58,213 nucleotides of DNA, filler included, from Basidioascus undulatus (GCA_000826855.1; 4 parts of 4 records of this genome joined end to end with filler, not necessarily neighbours in it), one strand, 5' to 3'. Shown: positions 27,295-40,120, counted from the whole stretch's first letter. Numbers and translations: made by a program. Notes: a model not told the origin generated them from the sequence alone.

Positions 27295-27943
27295 GCGTCT
27301 CGTCCTTGAGCGCTTGGGCTGATTGTTGAGGGGGAAAAACACCGAACGGGGCTAGTCGTAGATAGCAGGTTGGAGGGATGTGGGAAGGATTTCACTCTTG
27401 ATCTGCTTGATTTGCTTGCGTGTCTTGTGCTCGTTGGTTGCTTGGTTATTTGCTCGTTTGTCAGTTCAGTATGTGTCTGTGCATGCCTTCAATGTGTGGT
27501 TCGACAAGGCAGAGTAAGACGCAGGTGAGTTCGCGGACTTCAGAAGTTGGGAAGCGGCACGTCGGCACCGAACGTCGGCACCGAGAAGTACATAGGGTCT
27601 GCGTCCGACGGCGAATTGCTTGATGAGTGTGTTTTGAAGTACAGCAAAATTGGTTTGAGACTTCTCAAGCCATCACTACTAAATCAGAAAGCGAGAACAG
27701 GTCCGCCGTCAGCGTGTGTGGATGAATTTGACGACAGTACGCTTTCGGGTGCGGTAGGCAAGCCCTTAAGCTGTGCCTCAACTTGCACCGTTCGTTCCGG
27801 GCACAGTTCTCGCAAGCACAAGCAGCTCGTCAAGGAAAGACATATTGCAATACCGTAACAGCAAAAAGTACATAAAAAGTACACAAAATACGGAAAGAGA
27901 AAAAGAGCACAACAACTCAATAGCCATCTCGAACCCACCTCGA

Positions 27944-29098
27944 CTAGACGTCGTCCGTCCAGGCAACGCGCTTCTTGACCTTCTTCGCCGGCACACCAGC
28001 AGCGGCCTTCCGCTTCTCCTCCTGCGGCGTCCTCGGCGGTGTGAGGACAGTCTGCCAGAGGTTCGCGCCGTCCCGCTGCGCGTCCTCCCTGTCCTCCGCG
28101 ACGACCGGAGCGTCCACGTCCATGCGTTCCTGCTCTTGCTCGTCGTCCAGGGTCGGGAAGAGCTTTCCGAGGACCTGCGGAGGCGGGCTTGCCGCCGGGG
28201 AGCGATGCGACTCGGACAGGAACCGCGGGTTCGCGATGTACTCGCGCATGCCCGCGTCGTCTTGCATCCCAGCCGTGGCGGCAAAGTCGGCGGCGGAAAG
28301 CTCGGTGCGGCGGTGCAGCATGCGCTCTTCGGACGTGTTTTTGGCGAAGATCCGGGTGACGTGGACGCGCCGGGTCTGGCCGATGCGATGTGCACGCTAA
28401 TGTGGGACAAGTAGCAAAAGCAGCGTCAGAAGCGATCTTAGGATGTGAGAGAGGCGACAATAAATACGAACCTTGATTGCCTGCGCTTCGTCGTCCGGCT
28501 GCCATACCGGCTCAGTGAAGATGACGCGCGACGCCGACGGAAGATTGAGGCCGCGCGCGCCGATGCTGAGGTCGATGAGGAGTACGCGAATGCTGATAAT
28601 CAATAGTCCAACTGTCAGTATACTCTTTCAGAAGCAGTAAAAACAAGAGAGCGCACTCGTCGTTCGTCTCAAACGTGACCGGATTATGTTCGATATCCTT
28701 GTGCCGGTCGCCCGTCAAGCGGAAGTAAGTCAAGTGCCGGACGTTCGCGAGCGCGAGCGCATCGGCGACGAGGCGGAGGTGCTCCGGCGAGGAGGAGAAG
28801 ACGAGGAACTTCTCGGTTGCGCCGTATTTGCGAATCTGTGGGTCGAGCGGGAGTGAAAACGATCAGCCGACACGGGCTGATGTCAGGGAGACCAGCGGAA
28901 GGCGCACCTCGTCCAGAATGAGGTTGACCTTCGACGAGAGCGAGTCGAGGATGACCACGTCCTGGAGGGCGGACTTCCCGAGCGCGAACGCCGGCAGCGG
29001 CGCAGCGTGCGCGTCCTTCGTGACAGGCTTGACCTTCTGGGGCGAGGGCGGCGGCGGGGGCGGGGGAGCGTAACCGCCCGTTGAGCCGGCGGCAGCCA
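27944..29098 (-). CDS. SNF2-family (Rad5/Rad16-like) helicase, C-terminal part, truncated by contig end
   Basis: '[12 protein letters not shown]', 'EKFLVFSS', '[52 protein letters not shown]' (helicase motifs IV-VI). Confidence 0.88.
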
Positions 29099-29198
29099 NN
29101 NNNNNNNNNNNNNNNNNNNNNNNNNNNNNNNNNNNNNNNNNNTTAATTAATTAANNNNNNNNNNNNNNNNNNNNNNNNNNNNNNNNNNNNNNNNNNNN
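29099..29198. other. Artificial contig spacer
   Basis: 44 N + TTAATTAATTAA + 44 N. Confidence 0.97.
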
Positions 29199-29754
29199 CC
29201 GCGCGACGGCGGACTGGCCCGTCCTCGGCCGCAAGCTGCGCAAGGACATGGGCCGCGTCAAGGCAGGCCTGCCGAAGCTGTCGTCTGTCGAGGTCAAGGC
29301 GTACGTCGAGACGGGCGCGGTCAGCGTCGACGGCATCCCGCTCGTCGCGGGCGACCTCACCGTCACGCGCTACGTCGAGATCCCCGCGGACAAGGCTGGG
29401 TACGACGCGCACACGGACGGGGACGTGACGATCCTGCTCGATTGCGAGCGGCATCCGGAGCTCGAGCAGGAGGGCCTCGCGCGCGAGCTCATCAACCGGG
29501 TGCAAAAGCTGCGCAAGAAGGCCGGGCTCCAGCCGACGGACGACGTCGACGTCTACTTCCGCCTCGGCGAGGGCCCCGAGGGCGACGCGCTCCGCCAGGC
29601 GATCGAGGCCCAGCGGGAGGCGATCGCGCGCGCGACCAAGAGCGCGCCTGTGGATGAGAAGCAGCGCCCCGAGGGACAGAAAACGCTGCTTGCGGAGGAG
29701 CAGGAGATCGGCGACCTCAAGTTCTGGCTGTCTTTGTCGGAGCCTAAGGCGTAG
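29199..29754 (+). CDS. ILS1: Cytosolic isoleucine-tRNA ligase, C-terminal part (truncated by contig start)
   Basis: 'ADWPVLGRKLRKDMGRVK..LPKL', 'EGLARELINRVQKLRKKAGLQPTDDVDVY', 'AEEQEIGD..F.LSL'. Confidence 0.92.
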
Positions 29755-30284
29755 AGATGTGGGCTGTAGAGATTATGATTCCTGAGAGGTTCAGTTTGGT
29801 ACCCGTCACTTGGCTGTCGATCGGGTGTTTCGACTGGGACGAAAGTTTCTGCGCACACAAGGCCAACTGGGGAAGGAGGCTCTAACGAGCCTGACGCTTT
29901 GAATACGTTTCCTCGCCAATGAGAAAAGCAAATGTTCTCGTGCGACTGACCATCGAAGACGCGACGGGCAGCGACCGTGATTGAAGGCGGCATGCAGCTA
30001 GGCAGCACATCATGCCTGTTGCAGTTTCGCAACTCCGAGCACGCTCAAGTTCCCTGATCTTAAGCATTGCACAATCATGTCTGCTGCACACCCCACCATC
30101 CAAGATATGAGAACGCTCGGCGAGTCGTCACGGACGCTCTGTTGAGGGAAACGCTCACAGTGTCAGCAGCTGTTCAACGCGATAACCGGCATGCGTACGT
30201 TTGACCTTCGCATCACGGAGTTCTCGCAATATCCTCGGGGTAGCAGTGAAACGCGATGCGAAAAACGGTCAACCCTCGGGGAGA

Positions 30285-31917
30285 TCAGCGGCGGTGATGT
30301 CCTCGTAGCACTGTTGCAGCTTCGGGAGCTCGTTCACGGACTGTCCGAGGCAGAGGTGGTGTCCAAACGGCCAAGTCTTGCCCGAATCCGAGGACAGCGC
30401 CGTCTCGAGCAGAACCTTCGCTACGGCGATGTAGAGGGAGGGCATCGAGGAAGTAGAGCTTGAAATGGGAGCAGAGGAAAGAGCTTTTGGCCGTGAGCTT
30501 GGCGACTTGGGCCCACCGCACCCCCAGGCGGGCTTCCATCTCCGATATCATCACATCCGTCACCGCGTGCAGGCCATCAACGAGAGCGGCGTAGCCTGCT
30601 ATACGGGTGTAAGGTGGTGCCAGTTGCTGTTGATGTCGGAGGGATCGTAGTCGTCCATCTCGGCTTGATGGGGAAGTTGAGAGGTTCAGAAAGTGGGAAT
30701 GTGAGATGTGAGAGCTGATGCGGGTAGTTTGACAGGTAAATCTCGTAAAGTTTGACCGGAGAGCGAGCAAACGGTGCGACTTAGTGTGGCAAGCGTGAAG
30801 GCGCACGGTGGGAGGCGGTGGAACATGGAATGCAGCAGAGCCGAGACCTGCGCACCCTGTCCATGGCGGTAAACAATATCTTATGCTTGCCCTTGCACAT
30901 AATCGCGACTTGTCGCGACCCTCCCAGAGCCGCACGATCTGCGACTGAGAGAGGGGCGCGAGACGCCGGGACTCGTCTGCGGTGAACGCCAGGTCCAGCC
31001 CGCGGAGAAGTGTAGATCTCGCCTGCGGCGAGAGGCCCGAGAGGTTGGGCAGACCCCCGGGGAATCCGAGGGGAACCTGAACAGCACGCACAGGCTGAAC
31101 TGGGGCGCTCCCAAGGTGCGCATCCAAATTGCCATCGCGCCCTAGCTCGTGGGCCCAGACACGATGGAGGACAAATTCCCAACCTGCTGGGAATGCACCT
31201 GCTGTAGGAGCAGGCATATCTCCAATTCCTCTTGAGGGGACAAGCCTTGTCCCGGCGGGCGGAGAGGCGGTGCGTAACCCGGTTGAGGACCGGTCTGCGC
31301 CGTCGGCACGATCCTGGTGGGGACCGTGGCCGCCGCTGAGGGCGCGGGAGCCGACAAAGTCGTCGTCTTCCCTCAGTCAGCGGGGTGGTCTGCCGGCGAA
31401 TACTCGCGGGCAGATGCGCGATAACCCGCGGAGCCAGTGTGGCAACGGCGGGCATGATCCTCGGGAGGTCCTCACTCCTCAGTGTGGGCATCCCGAGGGT
31501 GCGGACGACGGCGTCGTACACAGCGAGGTCGCCGCGTAAAGCGCCGACATCCTCGAGAGCGCGGTCGCGGTCTCGACGTACTCGGGTCATTGACACCGAG
31601 TCCTCCGCTTACTGTGCCAGCAGCTCGCGGTTGCGCTCGGTCAGATCTGTGATCCGACCGTGGAACTGGTTCCAAGTCTGGACCAGTGCAGTCTCCAGCG
31701 CGATGACGCGCTTGACTTGACTCGACACAGCGTCGAGGGCCCCATCAAGTGAGGTAGTCCCTCCCGTGAGGAAGGGTGAATCCGGTGCCAACGGCATCGG
31801 TGGCGCAGTGGGGAACCACTGCGCGAGACCCGAGGCCAGGGCTGCGGCCCATGCCTCGTCGTGCTCCGGCAGCGAAGCGCTGCGCTCAGAGATAACGCGC
31901 TTGGGAGGGGTGTCCAT
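30285..31917 (-). pseudogene. Uncharacterised coiled-coil ORF directly downstream of the Gypsy pol, disrupted
   Basis: ATG at 31917 (MDTPPKRV...). A coiled-coil-like stretch reads in frame across TAA at 31609-31611 into 'SMTRVRRDRDRALEDVGALRGDLAVY'. Further coding-like pieces reach about 30285 in shifted frames. Confidence 0.5.
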
Positions 31918-32216
31918 GATGAACAGCGCGTGGGAATCGAACGTTGTTCGATGGAGGCCTCTCAGTGCGATGAGAGGGGTGGAGAAGGCAGGAGGGGAAC
32001 GAGCGAGCGACCTCGTTAAGTGAGACTGCACGGTCGGGCGTCCTCCGTCAACCTCTCCGTCACCCCACGCTGCCACGTGGGGACCCTACTTTTGGCAGGC
32101 AGCCGCGCGGTTCCTGCGCGGATCATCCCGTCATTGGACGGGGAATCAGCACAACGCGTGCTGTGAGTCCTTTTGTCAACAAAGGGCGGCCTGTCAATTG
32201 TGACAGGAGGGGAAGG

Positions 32217-33430
32217 TCAGTGACCCTCCCGATGCCGAGGCAGTTGCTTCGGCGTAGCGACACCCATAAGCTCTAGATAGCGATCTAGAGCTTCAGTGTC
32301 GTCTACTCCCGAGAGGGGCTCAGGAGTAACACCTCCTACAGTCCACTGGACGAAGAGGAATAACGAGTTGCCGCGCCATTCATGGCCGACAATCTCGTCT
32401 ATGAACCATTCCTGGTCCGACGACTGTGCGAAGTCGTAAGCCTTTCGCGAGTCTCGCGCAGGGAATTTCTCGCCATCGTTCGGCACGTAAGGCAAGCAGA
32501 GACGAATGGAACTTGGGGTGAATCCGCCCCAAGTCCGGAGGCAGCGCCAACGTGTAGTTGGACGACTCCGGTCGTGCTTCCGTGATACGGAAGGGCCCAA
32601 TGAACTTGGGAGAAAGTTTCCTGGCTCTCCCCTTCGGCAGTGCCAGGTTTTCCGTCGAGAGGTAGACGAGATCTCCCTCTTTGAACGGATCTTTCTCCTC
32701 CCGCCGGGAGGAGTTGGTACGCGCTGTCGAGCGCGTTCGAGACTCGATGATGGCATCGTGGGCCCTCATCAAGTTGACCCTGGCTTGTTCCGCGAATGCG
32801 CGGACGCCTGGAGAGGAAACCTCCGTCGCTATGAGGCGGAGAGAAGACGGGTTGTACCCGTAGTTCAACTCGAACGGTGTGCAACCGGTGGTCGCAGACA
32901 CCGTCGAGTTGATGGCAAACTCCGCATGCGGGAGTTTGTCAGACCAGTCAGTCTGATCCGAACTGACGAAAGCTCGGAGTATACTCGAGACGGTGCGAAT
33001 CGCCCGTTCCGAGGAGCCATCCGTCTGGGGATGGTATGCCGTCGACATGAGCAACTTGGTGCCCAGAAGTCGATGGAGTTCTCTCCAGAACCTGGAGACA
33101 AACTTCGCCCAAGGCACCCTTGGCACCGGGAGAGGATGAGCAAGCCCGAGGGGGGCTTGAGTCGATGACTTTATCATCGCACAAGTCGCACATGACTTGC
33201 AGAACGCAGAGACGTCTGCGTGCATTGACGGCCACCACACTTGCCTGCGGATAGCTGCCAATGTTTTCCTGAACCCAAGATGGCCCAGGGACTCGTAAAA
33301 GTGACTTATCACGAGTTCCCGCACCCTCCTCCCCTTAAAAAGGGAGTTAGGGATGCAGGCGGCCACCGACAAGCCATCGGTGGAATGGAATAAAAGTCCA
33401 TCTCGTTCGGTGAAGAACGAGCCGTACTTT
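32217..33430 (-). mobile_element. Ty3/Gypsy (chromovirus-type) LTR retrotransposon remnant: integrase plus chromodomain
   Basis: Zn-binding 'H...GHLG...CATC', 'STAYHPQTDGSSER', 'AEFAINS...TGCTPFELNYG', GPY/F 'KLSPKFIGPFRI', chromodomain 'EWFIDEIVGHEWRG..LFVQW...PEPL'. Internal deletion, a frameshift and 5' truncation; no LTR pair found. Confidence 0.93.
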
Positions 33431-34056
33431 CAAGTCCATATAGCAAGCTTCAATGCAGCTTCTTACTTCTTTCGCAGATTCTTGACCCCTACCCCCTCAT
33501 GACCCTAGGAAAGCGGAGCAGATAGACAGGCACACTACTCACACAGCATACCATGTAAATGCCAGTGTCCAGTTCACGATTGAGACCATTGCTCATTGAG
33601 CTCCAGGATGCACACCAAGTCGCGAGGTTGAATGAACTAAAGTCTGAGAATGCCGCTGCTCTAGATCTCTTCATGAACAGCAAACAATGCCGTCTTAGAG
33701 AGATGGAAAAATCGAAGCACCACTGGAACAGCAAGAGAGAAGCCATGCCATGTATGAAGTGGTCTCTACCGTGCTGGTAAGCTTAAGCTGATAGAAGACT
33801 CATTGCATGTCTGTCATACAAGGACCGTGCCTGCACTGTAGTGACATTCACGCTTCACAAAACAAAGCGTAGGATTGACAAAAATTGTCTCTATTGTTCA
33901 AACCACGCAAAGCGAAGTGGTCTTGAGCCTGGTCGCCATCAGTACGCATGGAACATTCGAAACGTTCAACACACCCTTGACATTACTGCCTATGAGACAA
34001 CAGCAAGAATTTTGTTTGCATCATGAGGGTGGTAAGTTTACACAATAATTAATATT

Positions 34057-36031
34057 CTACTTGGCGGCAATCTGAAGCAGCTGGCAAATCATCTTGTACT
34101 CCTTCCAATCCCTGCTCACCGCGCAGTCTCAGCCCGAAATGCATGCCGAGCAATACCAACCTCTTCATGCAGGGCAAAGAACATACCTCTTCTGATGCTC
34201 GGTGGAGAAGTAGCCTTGTCTCCCTGCACGCGCCGCACCGCTTCTTGCCCTTGTCTCTACACCCGGCAGGTTGCACAGCGTCTCCCGGTCCTCCTCGCGT
34301 TGCCCGGGCAACTCGGACATGCACGTGAGAATCTCGCGCTAGGGGAGGAGCATGATTCCCCCCCGCTGGGCCGTCGCGCGCACGACGGATGTGATCTGCT
34401 TGTGTGGGCGAGCCAGTGGGAGAGACGATGAAAGGTACCGAGCGGAAGCGCACGGCGGACGAGTCGCGCAGGACGTGCGAGACGGAGATGAAGAAGTCGG
34501 CAACAATTCCTCAAATAAAAAGAGCGGACCGACAGGGGCCAGAGAGGTGAGTGTCTCGGAGGCAGAACGGGTTGACAAGGAGTGGAAGCCTACAAGGTAC
34601 ATCTTCGCCAAAGGTGTTCGAGTTCGTCGTGGCGGGGACGACGTAGTCCCAAAGCCCGACGTCTATCCAGCGGCAGACAAGGTCCCTGCAGATCCGTCAC
34701 GACATTCCAAGGGGGCCCCTTCAATAGCAAGGCCGGTGTCGCCTGGACACATCCTGTTGAAGCTACGCACTGTGCCCTAGCCCACTTCTTCTTGAGTGTG
34801 ACCCCCTCGAGCGCGACCGATAGGAAGCTCGCCCCATTCTGGACCGCAAGCTTCTCGTCCTGTGCCCAGCACCCTTTCCGCGCCTTCGCAACATTCACAA
34901 TCCTCTCTAGCGCCGTGTCCATCAGATCCGAGCGGAGCACCTCCTGCAGGAGCGTGCGCGCGCCTTCCTCCCTTCGGAACTCGCGCATCATGTCGGCGAG
35001 CATGCGGTGGTGCATAAAGACGCCGTTCGTTGGCGTGGAGAGGAAGAGCTTCCGGAAGTGCGCGAGGAGGGTGGGCGCCGGGCTGAGGACGAGGATGACG
35101 GATACCGGCGGGAGGGCGCCGTGCCGGGCAAGAGCATGTTAAGCGTCTGGGAGTTGAGCATCGACACGTGTGGGCTCGTCTTGCATCCAAATCTGCGTGA
35201 GGGAAGGTGTGGGGATGGGTCGCCATTGCACTGCTCGAGCGACGAAACATAATGGGGTTCGAGGGGAGGGCCAGAGTTAACAAACGGCATCAGGATGACT
35301 GATCAAGGAAGCACGCACGTTCTCCATGCGTCATCCGCCGTCTCCTCAAACTTGAACAGGATGTGCCCAACCGCCCAACAACTGTCATCGAAGAAGGCGC
35401 CCTGCTTGGTGATGAATGCGCGACCGGTCCACAGCTACCCGCACCCGCATCCAATCAGGCGTGAGCTGTTAAGCCACCAGCAACATGCCAGAGGTTAACA
35501 AGTTACGCACATGGTCCATGATCTTAGGCAAGGCATCGTGCAGCTCCCACACAACCGGCATGTCTGCGGATGACCCGCACATCGTCAGGCAGACGGCGAG
35601 GGCGCGCAAGAGCACGCGTTGAATTCGGCCACACTGTTCAGAGATTCTTGAGCCTGCTAGTCGAATCATAAAGACGGACGTCTCAGACGGGTACTCACAT
35701 TGTCAGACGTGCGTAGAAACAGCTGAGCCAGCGATGCCCTCCTCCGAACCTTCGGCTGCATCAAACATGTCCGTCAGTCCACGTCTTCCCTTTTTTTCCG
35801 AAGCGCATGATCGACTCACCCACACCCTTACCGTACCACAGCCCTCCGATGCAGAGAGCAGCCTCGCTGCCCTCTGCGGGTCTCCTCAACGGACAGGTAC
35901 CCCAGGCGAGCGACGAATGCGCGCGGGTTGGACTCGACCTGGCGTGCGGCACTGCGGTACGCCTCAGTCAGTTTGAGCGCCTCGTCCTCGGAGGACGACA
36001 CGACGACTGCGACGTTGCGAGCGTTCGACAT
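34057..36031 (-). pseudogene. Helical protein with C-terminal MYND-type zinc finger, frameshifted
   Basis: C-terminal pieces 'RRCATCRV', 'GKKRCGACRET', 'STEHQKR' and, after an intron, 'DWKEYKMICQLL..*' match the MYND layout across frameshifts. Upstream helical exons lie at 34590-36031. Confidence 0.55.
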
Positions 36032-36380
36032 CAGTGAAGGACTCTAGTGCAACGAAAGGAGAGATGATCCGGCGAAGAAACTTGCGGGGACTAAGGGAGC
36101 GCGGGAAAAGAAAAAAGCTAACGCGTCCAGAACGCGCAGCAGAGACCCATGAGATCCCTCACAGCGTGGCGAAAACATGCATCCTTTGACAAAATTGTTA
36201 ATGCAAAGCAGCGAACGTTGAAGCGAGCGTCTTTTGCCGCCCCAGGCTCTGCCTAATTATCGGTTCCCGATTCGAGTCTCGCAGCGTGTTTCTTCCCATA
36301 TTTCAATTTGTATCTATCGTGACGTATACACTGATTTCCTTCCTGTACGCACAAGAAATATGCATGCGATCCCAGTCGCC

Positions 36381-38514
36381 CTATCCCCTCCTTCCCATTC
36401 CCCTCTCCACCTCCCCGAGCCTGCCTCTCAGTCCCTTCGCAACGCCCTCCAGCACCTTACTAAACCCAACCAGCACCGCGAGGGCCCTCCCCCACCCCTC
36501 TCCCCGGAACAGAATCACCATCAGGAGCAAGACGACGCTCGGGCGCTGCTGCCTTCTGGACAGGCGGCGGAGGGGCATGCTGAAGAAGGAGGCGAGCGTG
36601 CGCGAGACGGAGGCACGGAGCGCGAGCAGGCGCAGGAGCGAGAGGTACAGGAGCGTTGCGGCGAGGTCGCGCTTCGGGTGCAGTCGGTGCGGCTCGAGGA
36701 TGGATGGGTCGAGGGAGGAGGGGAGGAGGGTCGTGCGGTACTGTCGTTGCATTTGCGTTTCGGCATGTCAGATGCAGCTAGCAGAGGACGAAAAGAGGAA
36801 AAGGTACGAAGACGTACGCCGAAGAAAGGGTTCGAGGGATGCCACGGGTTGGGTTTGGACGGTTTTGGCGGTGGTGTGGGCTGCACAGGCCTGTTCAAGT
36901 CCAGCGCCTCCCTGAACTGCTTCCCCTCCTCGTCATGCACCAGCGGGAGCTCCGCCCCCATCCCACCCTGCCCGTTCTCCTTCCCCTTCTCACCCCGCCC
37001 ATCGGCGCTCATCTCCCGATGATGCCTCCTCAGCCGCGCAGCGTACTCGGCCTCCTCCTCCCTGCTCGGCCGCCGCCGCAGCTCCTCCCGCGGGGGCGCG
37101 GCAAGATGGAGTCGGAATGGCGGCGGGGCGCGGCCGAGTCGGTGTTGCGGCGAAGGCGGTGGTTGGTGCGTGTTGGCATGGGCGTGGATGGGGGAGATAG
37201 GCGAGAGGGATGCCGGAAAGGCGGACGTGCGTCGGGTAGGTGAGCCGGGCTGGGAGGGGTGCGGCGTCGAGAGGGGCGTGTGCCATACGTCTGCGATGGA
37301 CTCGTAGGATGCGGTGCGCGAGAGACCGCCTGTGCGCGGTGGTAGAGAGGGCGCGTGCCCGTATCGCTTGAAGACGGGGTCGGCGGACGCTCCGGGGTAG
37401 CTGTAGGGTTGAGAGCCGCCGAGATCTGCCGGGGAGCGTGTCAGTTAAGAGATTAATGTGGTTACGTGAAGGCAGATGGTGATCATAGATAGGGGCACTC
37501 ACGTGCAGGAAATCGAGAAGGGTCGAAGAGCGTGGACACATCGGAAGGCGAGGGGAAGAAGATGCGGTCCAGCGCGGTTTGGGGTAGGACGCGCTTGGCT
37601 ACCGACCAGAGGGCATGAGACCAAGCGTTGTGGTTCACTACGAGGACTGGACCGAAAGGGTGAATGAACTTCAGCTTGTGTAAGACAAGGCGAAGGATCC
37701 ATGATGAGATGGACAGACTGGTACCGCAGATGCCTGGGAAAGAATCTCGGATGAGAGAGAAAAAGAATGAGACCAGCTCGACCTCCTGTCAGATCAAGGA
37801 AACATTGTAAGCTGGACCGCTCGAAGGTAGTAATGGACTCCAGAATCCGCTGTGAAAACGCACCATGTTACCCATTCCCGCACCCTGTACGTCTACCACG
37901 CTAACCCATTGCAGCACCCTCTCTTCGCCTCCTCCCCCGGCAGCCCACATCCCCTCCAGCAGCCGTCTCCCCATCTCCCACCCCGCAGCGAGAACCTCCT
38001 TCACTTCGTCAAGCCCAGCGTCCGCGTCCCTCCGCACTTCAGCGAGACGGAAGACGCATATCGGTCGGCCTGTCCGGTCGTGGAACTGCGCGGGAGGCAG
38101 GAAGTGGAGGAGCGGTGCTGATGATGGACGAGGGAAGGACAACGTATCGAGCGGGGTGTTCAGGCGCATGATGAGGTGCGTTCGGAGGAGGGGAAGCGCG
38201 GAGGAGGCGGAGAAGGAGGATCGGCGGTAGAATCGGAACACGGAGCCTTCCTCGCGGGCCTCTCAAACTGGTCAGCCTTCATAGTAGTTGGTGGAAGTCA
38301 GAGTGTGCGCACCAGTATCTTTCAAGAATCGCTCCGCCCTCACCCTAACATCCTCCAGGTCCCTCAGCCTCTCAGCCTCCTCCAGCTCACCCGGGAGCTC
38401 AGCAAGCGCCCGCCGCTGCAGGTCGAGCACCTCCGCCTCGTGCACGGTATACTCGCTAGGCAGCGCCCGGGCTAGTGTGAGGAGCGGATGTGATTTTGGT
38501 GGAGATTCCGGCAT
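36381..38514 (-). CDS. CRAL-TRIO (Sec14-like) domain protein with C-terminal hydrophobic segments, multi-exon
   Basis: 'VFRFYRRSSFS', 'HDRTGRPICVFRL', 'VLQWVSVVDVQGAGMGNM', 'PWHPSNPFFG', 'KRDLAATLLYL', TM-like 'VVLLLMVILF'. Confidence 0.8.
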
Positions 38515-38764
38515 GATTGACGGTGAGAAAGTGGATTGAGATGGAGGAGATGGCGAAAAGAGGTCGAAAGCGTCCTCAGGGGAAGCATGTGAAAGTCGGT
38601 GCGACGCTAGTATTCATAGGTACTAGCCAGGGTTAGCTGGTCAGCGCAGTTACGTTGCAAGGCGGCGCATGCATAGCAGGGCGAAATTTGTATCTTTTGA
38701 TCGTCCACCAAGACCCACCTCACGACGCGCCACACGTCCGATACTGACCTTCATCTTCGAATCA

Positions 38765-40120
38765 ATGTTTTCGATCGCCCGGGTTCCTACCGAGGTCTGG
38801 TCGAGGATCTTCGAATTCGTAGTCGATAGTGGCGGGGAGGAGTACCATTATCCGGGAGGCGAAGAGGCACCCTACGCCGCACATTCCCTCGTGCTGGTGT
38901 GCAAGGCTTGGAGGGTACGTAACACCACAGTATCTACTTCGGAGAAGTATCAACTTGACGCCCGTCACCCGCTGTCCATCCGTGATACGCAGGACCTCGC
39001 CTCGCCGTTGCTCCTGCGCAACCTTCACCTGACCACAGGCTCGCAGATCCGTCGTCTGCACTCGCACGTCCTTCTGCGTGACATGCGGGGCGAGACGCGC
39101 GTCATCCAAGGGATTCGAACGATCACCTCAGAGCTCTATCCGTCCCGCAAAACGACGACCAAGGACGAGGGCCAGCTCGCGAGCGTCATCCAGCTCGCGC
39201 GCAGCCTCCGCCACATCTCAATCATGACCGAGATCCCCAGCTCCGGCCGGAACCCCTTCGGAAGCGCGGCGCTCCTCCCCGCTGTCCTCAGCTCCGGTGC
39301 GACGCTGCGATACCTTCAACTCTACCTCGCCTGCCCCCCGAGCACCGCGTACGGCATGCTCTCGCGCTGCACGAATCTCGAGCAGCTGCACATCCAGTTT
39401 GGGCCCGTCAGACCGAATGCCAATCAACCTCTCGTCCCTGATATCACCCTTTCGCTTCCGCGCCTGTGGACCATTTCCGTCGGGTCGACCGACCGCTCCG
39501 CCATCGCGTCGAGCGTATCGATCCTCGAGCAGGCCCAGCTACCCAAGCTGCAAGAGTGCTTCCTCGACCTCAATGGCTTCGTTCCCGCCGATCGAGGTGT
39601 CAGTCTTCTCTCCAGCCTCGGCAGCAATCTGGAGACGCTGCGCATCGAGGGCGGGCAGGGCGCCATCGCCTACTCGAAGCTGGGCGACCTCTGTCCGCGC
39701 CTTGGAGACCTCGAGGTCTGCCCGGCAGGGTGGTCGTATTCGATCGCTGGCGACAACGACAACGACGAGATGGACGACGAGATCCTCGAACTCGCTCATC
39801 CAGCACTCCACACTCTCTTGCTCAAAATCAACGTTTACCAAGCTGACTCGCGGTCCGCGGTCGAAGACGTCCTGCGCTCGCTCGATACGTCGCGCTTACC
39901 GGCTCTGCGCTGGATCCGCCCCGCTCCGGACTGCGACGGCATGTTTAAGTACTCGGACCTGGTCGTGGAGGAGGAGGTCGTCCTACAGGCGTACAGAGAC
40001 GCGGGGCTTGCAGCGCTGTGGTGCTTGCGGTTGTCGAATCACCTGGAGAGGAAGGGCATTAAGCTGCTGGATTTTCACGGAAATGGGTTTGGTTTAAACG
40101 TCGACGAATTCATTGCATAG
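38765..40120 (+). CDS. F-box/LRR-like protein, apparently intact (intron 38915-38992)
   Basis: 'MFSIARVPTEVWSRIFEFV...SLVLVCKAWR|DLASPLLLRNLHL', repeated LxxLxL units ('LPRLWTISV', 'LPKLQECFL', 'CPRLGDLEV', 'HPALHTLLL'), C-terminus 'LERKGIKLLDFHG'. Confidence 0.85.
   Translation: MFSIARVPTEVWSRIFEFVVDSGGEEYHYPGGEEAPYAAHSLVLVCKAWRVRNTTVSTSEKYQLDARHPLSIRDTQDLASPLLLRNLHLTTGSQIRRLHSHVLLRDMRGETRVIQGIRTITSELYPSRKTTTKDEGQLASVIQLARSLRHISIMTEIPSSGRNPFGSAALLPAVLSSGATLRYLQLYLACPPSTAYGMLSRCTNLEQLHIQFGPVRPNANQPLVPDITLSLPRLWTISVGSTDRSAIASSVSILEQAQLPKLQECFLDLNGFVPADRGVSLLSSLGSNLETLRIEGGQGAIAYSKLGDLCPRLGDLEVCPAGWSYSIAGDNDNDEMDDEILELAHPALHTLLLKINVYQADSRSAVEDVLRSLDTSRLPALRWIRPAPDCDGMFKYSDLVVEEEVVLQAYRDAGLAALWCLRLSNHLERKGIKLLDFHGNGFGLNVDEFIA

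Noticed and set aside
27559..27584. 13-bp tandem duplication ACGTCGGCACCGA between ATP2 and the SNF2 gene
   Set aside because: Only two adjacent copies with no spacer or element; likely slippage, not CRISPR-like, and a transposon footprint cannot be supported.
30075..30105. Possible PPT / 3' LTR start of the Gypsy element (GGATGGTGGGG-TG on the minus strand)
   Set aside because: The tract is interrupted by pyrimidines and no second LTR is available to confirm a boundary.
33430..34050. Short plus-strand ORF 'RPLLIELQDAHQVARLNEL...' abutting the Gypsy truncation
   Set aside because: Could be another transposon fragment, but there is no diagnostic motif.
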